DNA of 64,000 nucleotides from a virus: positions 32,001 to 96,000 of the IMG/VR virus record IMGVR_UViG_3300047557_004034. One strand, 5' to 3'. Position numbers and translations under genes: made by a program. A model generated the notes under the pieces. It saw only the letters and a program-made list of their open reading frames with translations, did no database searches and was not told the DNA's origin. This document shows positions 36,847-47,205 of this stretch, in pieces; within the stretch, counting starts at the first letter, position 1, and each line of letters opens with the position of its first letter.

Positions 36847-38597
36847 TGAATGAGGATACTTTAGAAAACAGAGCACTTGCAATACTTTCAGAATATGAAG
36901 GTTCAAATAATTTTATTTTAGAACTAAAAAGGAAATCTGAGATAAATAGAAGATTTTATCCTACAAGAAGTCAATCTGATTACATAATCAACAATCATAC
37001 AAAACAACCAAAGGTTGCAAAAAAGTGGGTTGTATTAGATTCTTATTTTGCTTTAAAATTTGCAAACGATTGGAATTTAATAAGAATACCTGATAAGTTT
37101 TGGATTGAAAAACTTTTAACTGAAACAGAAAAAGCGTTTCATGTGTGGGGTAAAATTGAAGAAGACGGTGAACTTCGTGATTATTGGTTACCTAAAGCAT
37201 CAATAATAAAAGACAATACTGTCAAAGACGTTGTTATTGATTACAAAAAATATAAAAAACGTCCTCCAATGGAACACCAAAAGGAGGCAATACAAAAACT
37301 CGCAGAAAATAAAAGATTTATATTGGCGGATGACATGGGATTGGGTAAGACAACCTCAACCATAATCGCGGCATTAGAAACCGGTGCAAAGAAAATTTTA
37401 ATAATTTGTCCCGCAACTTTGAAAATAAATTGGAAGAGAGAAATTGAAAACTATTCTAAAAAAAGTGTCTTTATTGCGGAAGGTAAAAACTTTGAAACAA
37501 ATCACGATTTTGTAATCATCAACTACGATATAATTAAAAACTTTCACGACCCAAAGAAAAAAGGGGAATCTAAGATATTAGAAGGAAAGTTTGATTTGGT
37601 AATAGTTGACGAAGCACATTATATCAAAAATGCTCAAGCTCAAAGAACAAAGTTAATAAATGACATTGTAAAAGATATCGAAAGGGTTTGGTTATTAACA
37701 GGAACTCCGATGACATCAAGACCTATAGATTACTTCAACTTATTGAGTTTGGTTGACTCACCTGTTGCAAAAAATTGGATGGCTTATGTTATAAGATATT
37801 GTGCGGGATATCAATTCAAAGTTGGCCCGAGAAAAGTGTGGAACGTCATGGGAGCGTCAAACTTAGAAGAATTAAGAGATAGAACAACAAACACAATATT
37901 AAGAAGACTCAAAGAAGACGTGCTCGATTTACCTGAAAAAATAATAACACCAATCTATTTGAGATTGAAATCTAAAGAATATGAAAACTTGATGGGTGAG
38001 TATTACGAATGGTATAGAAGTAAGCCCGATGAATCCAATTCTCTCACCGTTCAGTTCACAAAACTTACAAAAGTAAGACAAGTTATAGCCAATGAAAAAA
38101 CTTTACAAACTATAGAATTGGCCGAGAACATAATTGAACAAGGAAAAAAAGTAATCATTTTTTGTAATTTCACAGAATCCTTAGATTCAATAGTTCAACA
38201 CTTCGGAAAGTCTGCGGTGAAGGTTAACGGTTCTATGTCCAAAGCTGAAAGACAAAATAGTGTAGACAGATTTCAAGAAGATGAGAAAGTCAAAGTGTTT
38301 GTAGGCAACATCAAAGCGGCTGGTGTTGGTATAACTTTGACAGCAGCTGAAGCCGTTATTATGAATGATTTATCTTTCTTACCTTCCGACCACTCTCAGG
38401 CAGAAGATAGAGCTTATCGTATTGGACAAAAGAACAATGTTCTTGTTTATTACCCTCTTTTCGAAAATACAATAGAAGGTTTGATTTACGATATTTTGAT
38501 GGCAAAAAAACAAGTTATTGCCACGGTCATGGGTGATAATGTTAACAGTGCAGACTTCGTTGAAGAAATTATGAACAGAATCAACAAAGAGGCATAA
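36843..38597 (+). CDS. SNF2-family (HARP/SMARCAL1-like) helicase/translocase
   Basis: LADDMGLGKT, IVDEAH, LTGTP, AAGVGITL and QAEDRAYRIGQ motifs. Confidence 0.93.
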   Translation: MMNEDTLENRALAILSEYEGSNNFILELKRKSEINRRFYPTRSQSDYIINNHTKQPKVAKKWVVLDSYFALKFANDWNLIRIPDKFWIEKLLTETEKAFHVWGKIEEDGELRDYWLPKASIIKDNTVKDVVIDYKKYKKRPPMEHQKEAIQKLAENKRFILADDMGLGKTTSTIIAALETGAKKILIICPATLKINWKREIENYSKKSVFIAEGKNFETNHDFVIINYDIIKNFHDPKKKGESKILEGKFDLVIVDEAHYIKNAQAQRTKLINDIVKDIERVWLLTGTPMTSRPIDYFNLLSLVDSPVAKNWMAYVIRYCAGYQFKVGPRKVWNVMGASNLEELRDRTTNTILRRLKEDVLDLPEKIITPIYLRLKSKEYENLMGEYYEWYRSKPDESNSLTVQFTKLTKVRQVIANEKTLQTIELAENIIEQGKKVIIFCNFTESLDSIVQHFGKSAVKVNGSMSKAERQNSVDRFQEDEKVKVFVGNIKAAGVGITLTAAEAVIMNDLSFLPSDHSQAEDRAYRIGQKNNVLVYYPLFENTIEGLIYDILMAKKQVIATVMGDNVNSADFVEEIMNRINKEA

Positions 38598-38629
38598 TAA
38601 CAATATTATCTATATAGATATTTATTGTT

Positions 38630-39751
38630 ATGTCAGTAATTGCAGAACCAGAAAGAAGTAAACTTTATACAAGAATCAAACATCTTTTAGGTGCACCGAT
38701 AAGAAGTGTAGAAGTAGAAGATGAAATGATGGATTCATTGCTTGAATTAGCAATTGGAGATTACGAACAATATATATTGGATTGGTTAATTGAATCACAA
38801 TGGGTTAACCTTGTTAATTTAGATATGAACAACCAATCAGTTGCCAACGCATTAATTACAAGAACTATGAACTTTGAACAACAGTTTCAATATTCATATT
38901 CGAAAATTGTTGGTCTTCAGACTAATGGTCCGTGGGTTCTGAAAAAAGACTATTTTACTTTAAGTGCAAATACACAAACTTATGAAATACCTGCAGGTCG
39001 TGAAGTGAATGAATTACTATGGTATAGTAATCAACCGTGGGGTCTTTTTGGATTAGCCGGTATGGGATTGGGTTTTGGATATGATGGTGCTGGTTTGGGT
39101 GCAAACCAATCGGGATATGCACAGTTTGGATACCAAGGTTCTTATTTTATGATGTCAGGATTCGACTACTTAGTTAGGGCTCAAGAAGCAAATATCTTGA
39201 ATAGAATTTTAGGTGGTAGTTTAACATACAGAATTACTGCATTACCTGATGGAAAAAAATTAGTTCATTTGATGAATACACCTAATGGTAGATTCAATTG
39301 GACAAGTTATAGTCAATACGTTGGAAAAAATGTATGGTATTGGTACTACGATACTACAGGTAAAGATAGAAACGATTGTTTGAAGGCTAACCCCGATATT
39401 ATCAAATTACCTTCAGATGTACCTATTGGAGCTTTGGAGTGGGGAGACTTGAACGACCCTGCAAGACAATGGGTCCGTAGATGGTTCACAGCATATGTAA
39501 AAGAAACATTAGCAAGAGTTAGAGGAAAATATAGTGGAAACCTAAAAACTCCAGATTCCGAAATACAAATGGATTATCAAAGTTTGTTAACGGAAGCAAA
39601 AGATGAAAAGGCTAAATTAGAAGAAGAGTTGAAACTAAGATTAGAAAGACTTAGACCGGAGAAGCAAATGGAGAAAGAAGCATTGATTGCTGAAAATTTG
39701 AACAAACAACTTAAGTTTCACGCTTTCCCTCGACAGATTTATGTAATATAA
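38630..39751 (+). CDS. Neck/adaptor protein (T4 gp13-like)
   Basis: LLGAPIRSVEV, WVRRWFTAYVKETLARVRGKY motifs; TATTTATT at 38619-38626. Confidence 0.72.
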   Translation: MSVIAEPERSKLYTRIKHLLGAPIRSVEVEDEMMDSLLELAIGDYEQYILDWLIESQWVNLVNLDMNNQSVANALITRTMNFEQQFQYSYSKIVGLQTNGPWVLKKDYFTLSANTQTYEIPAGREVNELLWYSNQPWGLFGLAGMGLGFGYDGAGLGANQSGYAQFGYQGSYFMMSGFDYLVRAQEANILNRILGGSLTYRITALPDGKKLVHLMNTPNGRFNWTSYSQYVGKNVWYWYYDTTGKDRNDCLKANPDIIKLPSDVPIGALEWGDLNDPARQWVRRWFTAYVKETLARVRGKYSGNLKTPDSEIQMDYQSLLTEAKDEKAKLEEELKLRLERLRPEKQMEKEALIAENLNKQLKFHAFPRQIYVI

Positions 39752-39757
39752 TTTAGT

Positions 39758-40093
39758 ATGGCAATTATTAAAAGTATTCCCTCACAGAAACTTATCCATG
39801 GTAAGTTATTAAAAACTTCAGAAGTTTCAATTGTTTCAGAAAGTGACTATTCAACACAAGGAGAAGATTGTATTATTGTTAAAGCAATACCATTTTCAAC
39901 AATAACTTTAAATTCTCGTACAACTGACCATACGGTAGTGAAAGCACTTACAAATATTATCATCAAACCTGATGTCAATAAAATTGATGAGGAATTTGAT
40001 GAAATAGAAATGGGTAGAGGTGCGTGTGTTGAATTTAGATTTTGTGGTAACTCGTGGTATATTTTATCCTCAGACGGTTTAAAACAATCATAA
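39758..40093 (+). CDS. Hypothetical small beta-rich structural protein
   Basis: 111 aa, co-oriented with the neck gene; ends GNSWYILS. Confidence 0.65.
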   Translation: MAIIKSIPSQKLIHGKLLKTSEVSIVSESDYSTQGEDCIIVKAIPFSTITLNSRTTDHTVVKALTNIIIKPDVNKIDEEFDEIEMGRGACVEFRFCGNSWYILSSDGLKQS

Positions 40094-40095
40094 AG

Positions 40096-40125
40096 AAAAA
40101 GGAATATGAAAACATATTCCTTTTT
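40096..40125. terminator. Bidirectional rho-independent terminator
   Basis: aaaaaggaatatg-aaaa-catattccttttt between convergent genes. Confidence 0.8.
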
Positions 40126-40128
40126 AAT

Positions 40129-42903
40129 TTAAGTTAGTATGGATTCCCACCCTTCTTCTGCAAGTTCGTACATGTAATCAGGTTTGAGACCACGTCTCTC
40201 CCAATAATTTAATTCTTGTTCTGTAACATCTAACACATCTTTTTGTAAATCATCTTGGTCTCCTTCACCTAACGGGTGACCATTGATAAGTTCACATTGT
40301 GATGTTGTAAAAATACCTCTCTCATGTGGTTCAGAAACAATCAATCCATTTCTAACTTCATCTTTAAAAACGACCAATAGGGGTTCGATTCTTTTATTGA
40401 AAGTAGTAATTGCTCTCGGTACGTTATAGTCTCCGGTCAATTCAGGGTCTTTATCCAAGATATCTTTATCTAACATATAACAATTGACCATTACACCCTC
40501 TGTTATAGGTTTCGATTTTGGGTTATTGTGTAAGTTAATTGCATTTGTATCTTTAATTTGTTTTGCTGTCATTTTCTGCACATCACCTTGAGAAGCCTTT
40601 GTTCCGTTATTAACATACATAATAACGTCACCTAAGTTTACGGTAAGATTATTCTGAATCGCCAACTCCATGTGAGCCATTCTTGACATTGAGTTTCCCG
40701 CCTTGGTCTTTGTTGTCAACCTTTTGATGTAATCATCAACACTGAGTTTTACTTTAGCTCTCTGAGCAATTTTAGACAAAGGGATTTTTTTCTCATATAT
40801 CTTAGTCAGATATTCATAATAATATTCTATAAATTCTTTACCCTCACCATGTAACAACATCTTAATTCCTTTATCCAAAAACTCTTCAATATACAGAGGA
40901 AGTTTCTTCGATTTGATGCTATTACCCGTCAATTTTATTTTTCCCTTAGCATCCATTACCGCATAATTCTTTCGAGCTAGATTAATACACGAAGGCCAAA
41001 CACCATCAGTATCTAACGCCATTTCCCCTCTCATGAATATATCATTGTATTCTGCAACGTCCGCCTCAGGACCCTTGTAGACTTTTCCCTTCTTAACTTT
41101 CCAATTCAACCCACGACCAACATATTCTCTTTCATTTGCATCATCAGGACTTGAAAAGTTCACACCATCCGTATCCATCACGAGTGGAACATATCCTTTC
41201 GTCATGAAAAACTTAATCATCTGACGGAGATATTGTCTACCAGTACAAGTAATTTGTTCACCCATATACATGTCACCCCAAGCAAATACCTGTGGTGCCG
41301 ACAACGCACCGAACATGGAGTTGATGAATATTTTGATTGGTAATTGTTTGTTGGAGTACGATTCTGACTTTTTCTTGTCCGTCTCATAAAACTCTTCAGC
41401 TAGTTGTTTGTATTTGATACGAGTGTCTCTGAAATACTTTAACATTCCTTTCATTGCACCCGTCACATCACAGTCAGGAAAAACATCGTGTACGAGCTGA
41501 ATTGAGGGGTATAGAGACGAGAAGTCCAACTTGAGAACATTCTTACTGTATCCGACCTTAAGTAGTCTAGAAAGACCTCCTACGAAGTCTGTCTTACCTT
41601 GTTTAGCTGGTATTGCTAAATTGTTTTTATACGACCAAGCCAACATCAACATTTTCCACAAAGTTGCAGTTCCCATCGTTGAGACTCTTTCGTAGGTTGT
41701 TGGAATCATCGCGGCGAGTAAGAAAGAACCTTGGTTGAACTCTTTATCAACCGCCAAAGTTTCTTCCAAGTCATCGTCAAGATATCTTTCAACAATATCA
41801 TCACCTGTTGTTTTGATATAAACGCCAGGGAATTTAATATCTAAATCCTTATAATCAGCAGCCTTTTTATATTTTCCGTTTTTAACATTCAACCAATATT
41901 CTTCTTTCTCATGGTACATTTTACCAATGTTTGTATGGTCGATATATACACGGTCAGGAGCCTCAGCATTAATAAATGTTGTTATATATTTAAGACCTGC
42001 AGATTTAATACTTGAGTTAATAGCCTGTGCTCTACGAACCGCATGGATAATATCAATAACGTTGTATCCCCATATTGAAGTTTGAGTGTAGGTTTCTACC
42101 TCATTCGCCAACTTCAACATATTATCTTTCCTCGTATATGAATGTTCAGGATGCAATGACTTACAAACATTTTTAGCATTAATTCCGAGAATTCTACATC
42201 TCTCAAAAATCCAATGCCAGTCGAAGTTTGCAGAGTTATAACCCCCAATGATACTTGGTTTTATTTCATTGATGATATTAAAGAATTCTATTATGGCTCC
42301 CTTCTCTTGAGACTCGTCCAAGCATTCAATTACCTTATGGTATCCTTTGTTAGTTTTAATTCCAATCATGAATATCCTACCGTCCTTAGGGTCCAAAGCA
42401 TCTGTTTCTAAGTCGAATACCAATCGGGTCACTTGTTCATAATCTTCAAACCCTTTGAAAAGTCTTTTTTCTTTGGAAATTAAATATTGCTCTACGGGTG
42501 GTAGAATCAATAACTTATCTTTTGTCTTGTCACCCCAAGGGTCAACACCACCATCTCTGAAGAACTGGACTAACTCTCTATACCCTTTCAAAGACTTAAC
42601 CATAAAAGTTAAACCATTTTTGAGTCTTTCATTATCTTGGGTTTCTAATTTTTCAATCATGATTCCATATTTTGTCATAGCCTCTTTTTGTGCCATTTTG
42701 GAATCATTATAGAACTTTAAACCTCTGAGGTCTCCAACCCAAGCAAACGGAATAAAGGTATCTTTTCTAATTTCTTTACCCTTACCAGGTATTTCTTTTA
42801 TTTTGTAAATGGAGTTAGAAACATAATCGAATTCTATCGCAACAATGAATTCTTCGGGGTCATTTCCATGTAGGAACGACTCAATAACTTCGTTAGATAT
42901 CAT
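40129..42903 (-). CDS. polB: Family B DNA polymerase
   Basis: Exo motifs FDLETD and GYNSANFDW; pol motifs LDFSSLYPS, KIFINSMFG and MDTDG. Confidence 0.95.
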   Translation of the reverse strand: MISNEVIESFLHGNDPEEFIVAIEFDYVSNSIYKIKEIPGKGKEIRKDTFIPFAWVGDLRGLKFYNDSKMAQKEAMTKYGIMIEKLETQDNERLKNGLTFMVKSLKGYRELVQFFRDGGVDPWGDKTKDKLLILPPVEQYLISKEKRLFKGFEDYEQVTRLVFDLETDALDPKDGRIFMIGIKTNKGYHKVIECLDESQEKGAIIEFFNIINEIKPSIIGGYNSANFDWHWIFERCRILGINAKNVCKSLHPEHSYTRKDNMLKLANEVETYTQTSIWGYNVIDIIHAVRRAQAINSSIKSAGLKYITTFINAEAPDRVYIDHTNIGKMYHEKEEYWLNVKNGKYKKAADYKDLDIKFPGVYIKTTGDDIVERYLDDDLEETLAVDKEFNQGSFLLAAMIPTTYERVSTMGTATLWKMLMLAWSYKNNLAIPAKQGKTDFVGGLSRLLKVGYSKNVLKLDFSSLYPSIQLVHDVFPDCDVTGAMKGMLKYFRDTRIKYKQLAEEFYETDKKKSESYSNKQLPIKIFINSMFGALSAPQVFAWGDMYMGEQITCTGRQYLRQMIKFFMTKGYVPLVMDTDGVNFSSPDDANEREYVGRGLNWKVKKGKVYKGPEADVAEYNDIFMRGEMALDTDGVWPSCINLARKNYAVMDAKGKIKLTGNSIKSKKLPLYIEEFLDKGIKMLLHGEGKEFIEYYYEYLTKIYEKKIPLSKIAQRAKVKLSVDDYIKRLTTKTKAGNSMSRMAHMELAIQNNLTVNLGDVIMYVNNGTKASQGDVQKMTAKQIKDTNAINLHNNPKSKPITEGVMVNCYMLDKDILDKDPELTGDYNVPRAITTFNKRIEPLLVVFKDEVRNGLIVSEPHERGIFTTSQCELINGHPLGEGDQDDLQKDVLDVTEQELNYWERRGLKPDYMYELAEEGWESILT

Positions 42904-42961
42904 AATTTATATTTTAAGTGACACATTAGCTTCCACTCTGAAGTGAAATTTGTCTTCACTG

Positions 42962-42992
42962 TAAATATAGAAAAAAATATCTACTTACCAAA
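42962..42992 (-). promoter_or_regulatory. Near-consensus Bacteroidota-type promoter for polB
   Basis: Minus strand tttg, 19 nt, tatattta. Confidence 0.5.
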
Positions 42993-43370
42993 TTAACAAC
43001 ATGGTTCGGTCGAAATAAAGCTGTCTTGAACATTGATGTAAAGTTCTTCCCTGAGAGGTAACATCAAATTTCCTTCATCATTCTTCAAGAGGAATTGACC
43101 TTGATACCTACCAACTTGATTAGTATCTCTAGCACTAAATTGGTAATAAATATAATATTCGGGAGTTGCACCGGCAGGTAACGTTAAAGGCACTATACTA
43201 CAAGGTGCTGATACAATTTTTGCAATACCTGTTGAGGTGTTAACCATTGAAAAATAAATTGTAGACACCTCTAGACTTTCCATTATTTCAAGGTATCCAC
43301 TTCTACCATCCTTAACAACTTGCATTTTAAGAACAGGGAGGGTTGCATTTTTTTTAATAAAAAATTCCAT
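42993..43370 (-). CDS. BppU N-terminal-like small structural protein
   Basis: MEFFIKKNATLPVL...YQFSARDTNQVGRYQGQF...LP pattern; start set at 43370, with the TATTTATT motif 3 nt upstream. Confidence 0.55.
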   Translation of the reverse strand: MEFFIKKNATLPVLKMQVVKDGRSGYLEIMESLEVSTIYFSMVNTSTGIAKIVSAPCSIVPLTLPAGATPEYYIYYQFSARDTNQVGRYQGQFLLKNDEGNLMLPLREELYINVQDSFISTEPCC

Positions 43371-43386
43371 AACAATAAATATATTG

Positions 43387-45060
43387 CTAGGATTCTTTAC
43401 GCAACTTACCATCGTAATGTTCAAACCTATTGTGTTCAGTCGGTGTTAAAAGAAGTAATCCAGGATTAAACTCATCCTTCTTAATAAGTTGATACATATA
43501 ACTCATCCAAGTTTGTTCAAAAGGATGAGCCCATACTGTTTCTAAAAACATTTTTTTGTTTCCAAGTTTACTAACTATTTGTGGCCAATTACAATAATAA
43601 ACATCTCCGTTTGTGTATGGTACACCCTTATGAGAAATTATATTTTTATACACCGCTTTTGGGGCGTTAGGGTCCAAACCTATTTCAGGTAATCTGTTTT
43701 TTTCGGGCCAAAATTGTTCTCTTACGTTTTGTGGAACATTATACCAAGCCCACTGTGTACCATTATCACCAAAAAATTCACTATAGTTTAATTTCAGATA
43801 ATCAAAATTTTCTTTTTTTGATATTTCGAGAGAAAGTTGATATAAATTCGGAACAAATCTGTTAAATCCATTTCTACATACACCTGAATTAGGATAAAAA
43901 AACATGTCATCCTCGAAAAAAAACATGTAATCTAACTCAGTTTCTTCAAAATGTTTTGCAATAAATTGTCTACCTCCACAGATACCCAAATTACCTTCCT
44001 CAGGTATTATATGTTCAAAATCATACTCTTCACAAATACTATTATACTCGTCATATGTAGACTGGTCGGTAGAATTATTTAAAAGATATTTTTTAGGTTT
44101 TTCGATAAAAGTTTTATCATATTTTAACATTGAGTCTATTAAGGTTCTGAATTGTTTTGGAGAATTAAAAGTTATCACATAAAGACCTACCTTATTTATA
44201 TCCAAATTATTTACCTTTAAACTTTTGTTTTCTGTTTTAACTAATAGATTGTCATTTTTAAGATTTTCAAAAAAAGTACCAATCAATCCATTATCCTGTA
44301 TTTCAAAATAATTTATCAAATCCGAATGTTTGTAGGTCATAATTGTAAAAATTGATTCCTCCGTACCCATGTAACCTTCGTCCAAAGTTGATTTCAATAA
44401 ACCGTAATATATACTATTCATCTCAGAAATGCTGTCTTTTGGCCCTCCAAAAAAACCGGCTCTTGCAACTTTATTCACTTTAGCATTAACAATCTTTGAT
44501 AACTTATCATATTTAAAACCATGAATTTCTGAATTTGTCTCATAAGGAAAACAAATAAATGAAAACTTAGAAATATACTTCTTTAGTTTAGAAAGCACTT
44601 TGTCGTGAGTAAAATATCCAGCATGAACTGTGGAAGTTAAACCGCCGTCAATCCAAAACATATAATCTGAATTAAATTGGTCCATTATTTTTGCATCATG
44701 TAGTAAAAACATTTTCGACATGACTAACGGGTTGTAGTTTTCCAATTTTGCCTGAGTAGACTCTGAAAGCCAACCGACTTGATTATACCAATCAGGATTA
44801 GTTCTAATTTTTTGAATCTTATCAAAAAACTCATTGTTCCTAAACCAATTCAAATCACGAACAATGAATTGAGTGTTTTCAGGATTTCTTCTTTCGAAGA
44901 CAAATTTTTTCAGTTCTTCGTCACCGAAAATTATCATATTTTCAGAAACCTTGAGGAGTTGTTCAAACTTATCTAAATAATGACTGAAAGGTCTTGACCA
45001 ACCTTCCGATAAATCTTTTCTACCAATATCCCAAATACCTGTTACTAATGTTATTGACAT
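43387..45060 (-). CDS. HtrL/YibB-like domain fused to a GT-A glycosyltransferase domain
   Basis: ITLVTGIWDIGR, SKMFLL, FWIDGG and GTEESI are HtrL-like; LYVITFN, NLGICGGR and FFEDD are GT2-like. Confidence 0.68.
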   Translation of the reverse strand: MSITLVTGIWDIGRKDLSEGWSRPFSHYLDKFEQLLKVSENMIIFGDEELKKFVFERRNPENTQFIVRDLNWFRNNEFFDKIQKIRTNPDWYNQVGWLSESTQAKLENYNPLVMSKMFLLHDAKIMDQFNSDYMFWIDGGLTSTVHAGYFTHDKVLSKLKKYISKFSFICFPYETNSEIHGFKYDKLSKIVNAKVNKVARAGFFGGPKDSISEMNSIYYGLLKSTLDEGYMGTEESIFTIMTYKHSDLINYFEIQDNGLIGTFFENLKNDNLLVKTENKSLKVNNLDINKVGLYVITFNSPKQFRTLIDSMLKYDKTFIEKPKKYLLNNSTDQSTYDEYNSICEEYDFEHIIPEEGNLGICGGRQFIAKHFEETELDYMFFFEDDMFFYPNSGVCRNGFNRFVPNLYQLSLEISKKENFDYLKLNYSEFFGDNGTQWAWYNVPQNVREQFWPEKNRLPEIGLDPNAPKAVYKNIISHKGVPYTNGDVYYCNWPQIVSKLGNKKMFLETVWAHPFEQTWMSYMYQLIKKDEFNPGLLLLTPTEHNRFEHYDGKLRKES

Positions 45061-45062
45061 AA

Positions 45063-45698
45063 TTATTTTTTAACTTTACAAACCCAAACTACATTGTCGA
45101 ATATATCTTTATCATATTCAACCAAATTATTTTTTTCACAACTTTCAACCAAATCAGAATCAGAAATCTCATGCCAATTCCAAACCTTTTTATATATTTT
45201 TTCTTCGAAAACCTCTCTATTTTCTGAATAATCGTGAGCTAATATAAAGTCCCCTTCTTTCAGAAAATCGGACAAAAGATTAAATTCTTTAATTTTGTTC
45301 CCTCCATCACAAAGTACTATAGTAATACCATCTTCCTTTATAAAAGAAATTACTTCATCTTTCAATTTAGTATATTCGTTGTCGAAAATATTTTCAGTTC
45401 TGATGTCAACGCCTGAATCTCTCATTTCTTGATACCAAGGGTGAGAAATAATATCATAGGATATCAATTTACAATCTAATCCAATTTTTTTAATCGTGTA
45501 ATCTAAAAAACAAGTAAACCCACCAAGTGAAGTTCCAATTTCTAATATTCTTGAGGGTTTAACTTTACAGATGAAATTGTGAAAAACTTCAAAAACGTTC
45601 GGATTTTGTTGGGCCGCCCATCCATCAAATGTTGAAATACTATCGTTAAATTCTAAATTAGATTTTTTTGTGACTTTATCTTCGAACTGACAATTCAT
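45063..45698 (-). CDS. Class I SAM-dependent methyltransferase (CmcI/Methyltransf_24-like)
   Basis: ILEIGTSLGG, LCDGG and LAHD motifs. Confidence 0.8.
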   Translation of the reverse strand: MNCQFEDKVTKKSNLEFNDSISTFDGWAAQQNPNVFEVFHNFICKVKPSRILEIGTSLGGFTCFLDYTIKKIGLDCKLISYDIISHPWYQEMRDSGVDIRTENIFDNEYTKLKDEVISFIKEDGITIVLCDGGNKIKEFNLLSDFLKEGDFILAHDYSENREVFEEKIYKKVWNWHEISDSDLVESCEKNNLVEYDKDIFDNVVWVCKVKK

Positions 45699-46555
45699 AG
45701 TTGTATGATTTTTTTTAATGGGTTATATTCTGAAAAATATCTATTTTTAATTTTTCTTAATCCTTCTATTTTTTCTGAATAAATTTTATCAGAATTATCA
45801 TTAATGTAAATTAAAAGTTTTTTTATTTCTTTCAAGTCATTAATATCTTCAATTAAAATATACCCATCTTCAGGATAAATTTCTTTTATATTTTTACATC
45901 CAAAATAGATTGGTATGGTATCTGTCAAAATACAATCATAGAATTTTTCACTTATCCAATTTTTTTGATACTCGTTTTCAATTGAAATATTGAACTTGTA
46001 ATCTATTAAAGCATCGTGTCTTTTAGGACTGTTCTTCCAACCACCATAGACTTCAACAAAGTCTAACTCATTAATTAATTCTGCAATAGCATATCTTTCA
46101 GGATACAAACAATTCTCCCCCAACTTCTGATTCAAGGAAGTTATAGAAGAAGATATATTTTTGTTTTTGGTTGTCTTAAACTTTGATAAATTATCAAATG
46201 ACCAAAATTCTAAAGGGTCCATCCAAGGACCCCTCCCACCATAAAAAGTATGTGCTACAGTTTCAACACATTTTACATTATAAAAGGAAGAATCGAACCC
46301 AAAAACTGTGACATTTTCATTAAAATTTTTTTGATGACTGCCAGAAAAAGTTGGTTCGTGAGGAAATACGTAACCTTTAGCACCGTCTCTAACACTCTGA
46401 GTCATATAATTAAAAAAAACTATGGTATCATAACTTTCGTCAAACACAAACTCTATTTGTGTTAAATCTATGTCAGGTGTTTTGAATTGTTTCAACAATC
46501 TATCCAAAATGTTTTCAGGGGTATCCCAACCGGCACAAATTTTAATTTTTTTCAT
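45695..46555 (-). CDS. Glycosyltransferase family 10 (alpha-1,3/4-fucosyltransferase-like)
   Basis: YKFNISIENEYQKNWISEKFYDCILTDTIPIYFG matches the GT10 signature. Confidence 0.85.
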   Translation of the reverse strand: MKKIKICAGWDTPENILDRLLKQFKTPDIDLTQIEFVFDESYDTIVFFNYMTQSVRDGAKGYVFPHEPTFSGSHQKNFNENVTVFGFDSSFYNVKCVETVAHTFYGGRGPWMDPLEFWSFDNLSKFKTTKNKNISSSITSLNQKLGENCLYPERYAIAELINELDFVEVYGGWKNSPKRHDALIDYKFNISIENEYQKNWISEKFYDCILTDTIPIYFGCKNIKEIYPEDGYILIEDINDLKEIKKLLIYINDNSDKIYSEKIEGLRKIKNRYFSEYNPLKKIIQL

Positions 46556-47199
46556 TTAACCTTTTGAATTTTTGATTTTTTATTTTGAAAAACTAAATCC
46601 ACTTGAATTAAATCCTGACCGTAATGTCTATGTAGCTCAATCACTTCATATAATCTGAAATCATTTTTTAAAAATTCGAAAATATTTTCGACCAAACAAC
46701 CACCAATATTATATTCAACTAATGAACATTCTAATTCGATAAACTCAATCTCTTTTAACATATCACCCAATCCCTGCATTATTAAAATCTCCGAACCTTG
46801 TGTGTCTATTTTCAGTAAATCTATTTTAGTTATGTTCTTTTCTGAACAAAGACTTTCTAAAGTTTTTGTAATCCTTTTTTCTTCGATTGTATTATGTGGC
46901 ATATAGTGCTGAGTATCTTCTTTAAAAATTGAATCCCCTGTACAAAGACCTTCAACTTTCTTGTAGAAAATAATTTCCTCCCCATCTTTGTTGGATAATA
47001 CTTCTATGGCACAATCATTAGTATTTGGAAAACACCCGTTTTCATTCCAATCATTTGCATCAATTCCAAGTACAAAAGAGTTATTGAAAACTGATTTTAT
47101 TGAACCTGACCATTCTCCCTTACAAGCTCCACAATCCACTATTACATTTGGATTGAATCCTAAATTCTTAATTCTATTATAAACAAATTCTCTACTCAT
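46552..47199 (-). CDS. FkbM-family SAM methyltransferase
   Basis: VDCGACKG and IDLLKIDTQGSE motifs. Confidence 0.85.
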   Translation of the reverse strand: MSREFVYNRIKNLGFNPNVIVDCGACKGEWSGSIKSVFNNSFVLGIDANDWNENGCFPNTNDCAIEVLSNKDGEEIIFYKKVEGLCTGDSIFKEDTQHYMPHNTIEEKRITKTLESLCSEKNITKIDLLKIDTQGSEILIMQGLGDMLKEIEFIELECSLVEYNIGGCLVENIFEFLKNDFRLYEVIELHRHYGQDLIQVDLVFQNKKSKIQKVK

Positions 47200-47205
47200 A
47201 AAATT

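Noticed and set aside
36448-38597. Eukaryotic giant virus (NCLDV) origin suggested by SET, SNF2, PolB and GTs
   Set aside because: Contractile-tail sheath, tube and baseplate genes, bacterial-type promoters and terminators, and operonic overlaps indicate a tailed bacteriophage
6364-42903. Inteins or group I introns in nrdJ, helicase, recA, SNF2 or polB
   Set aside because: ORFs are continuous with ordinary lengths; no intein splice or LAGLIDADG/HNH motifs noticed
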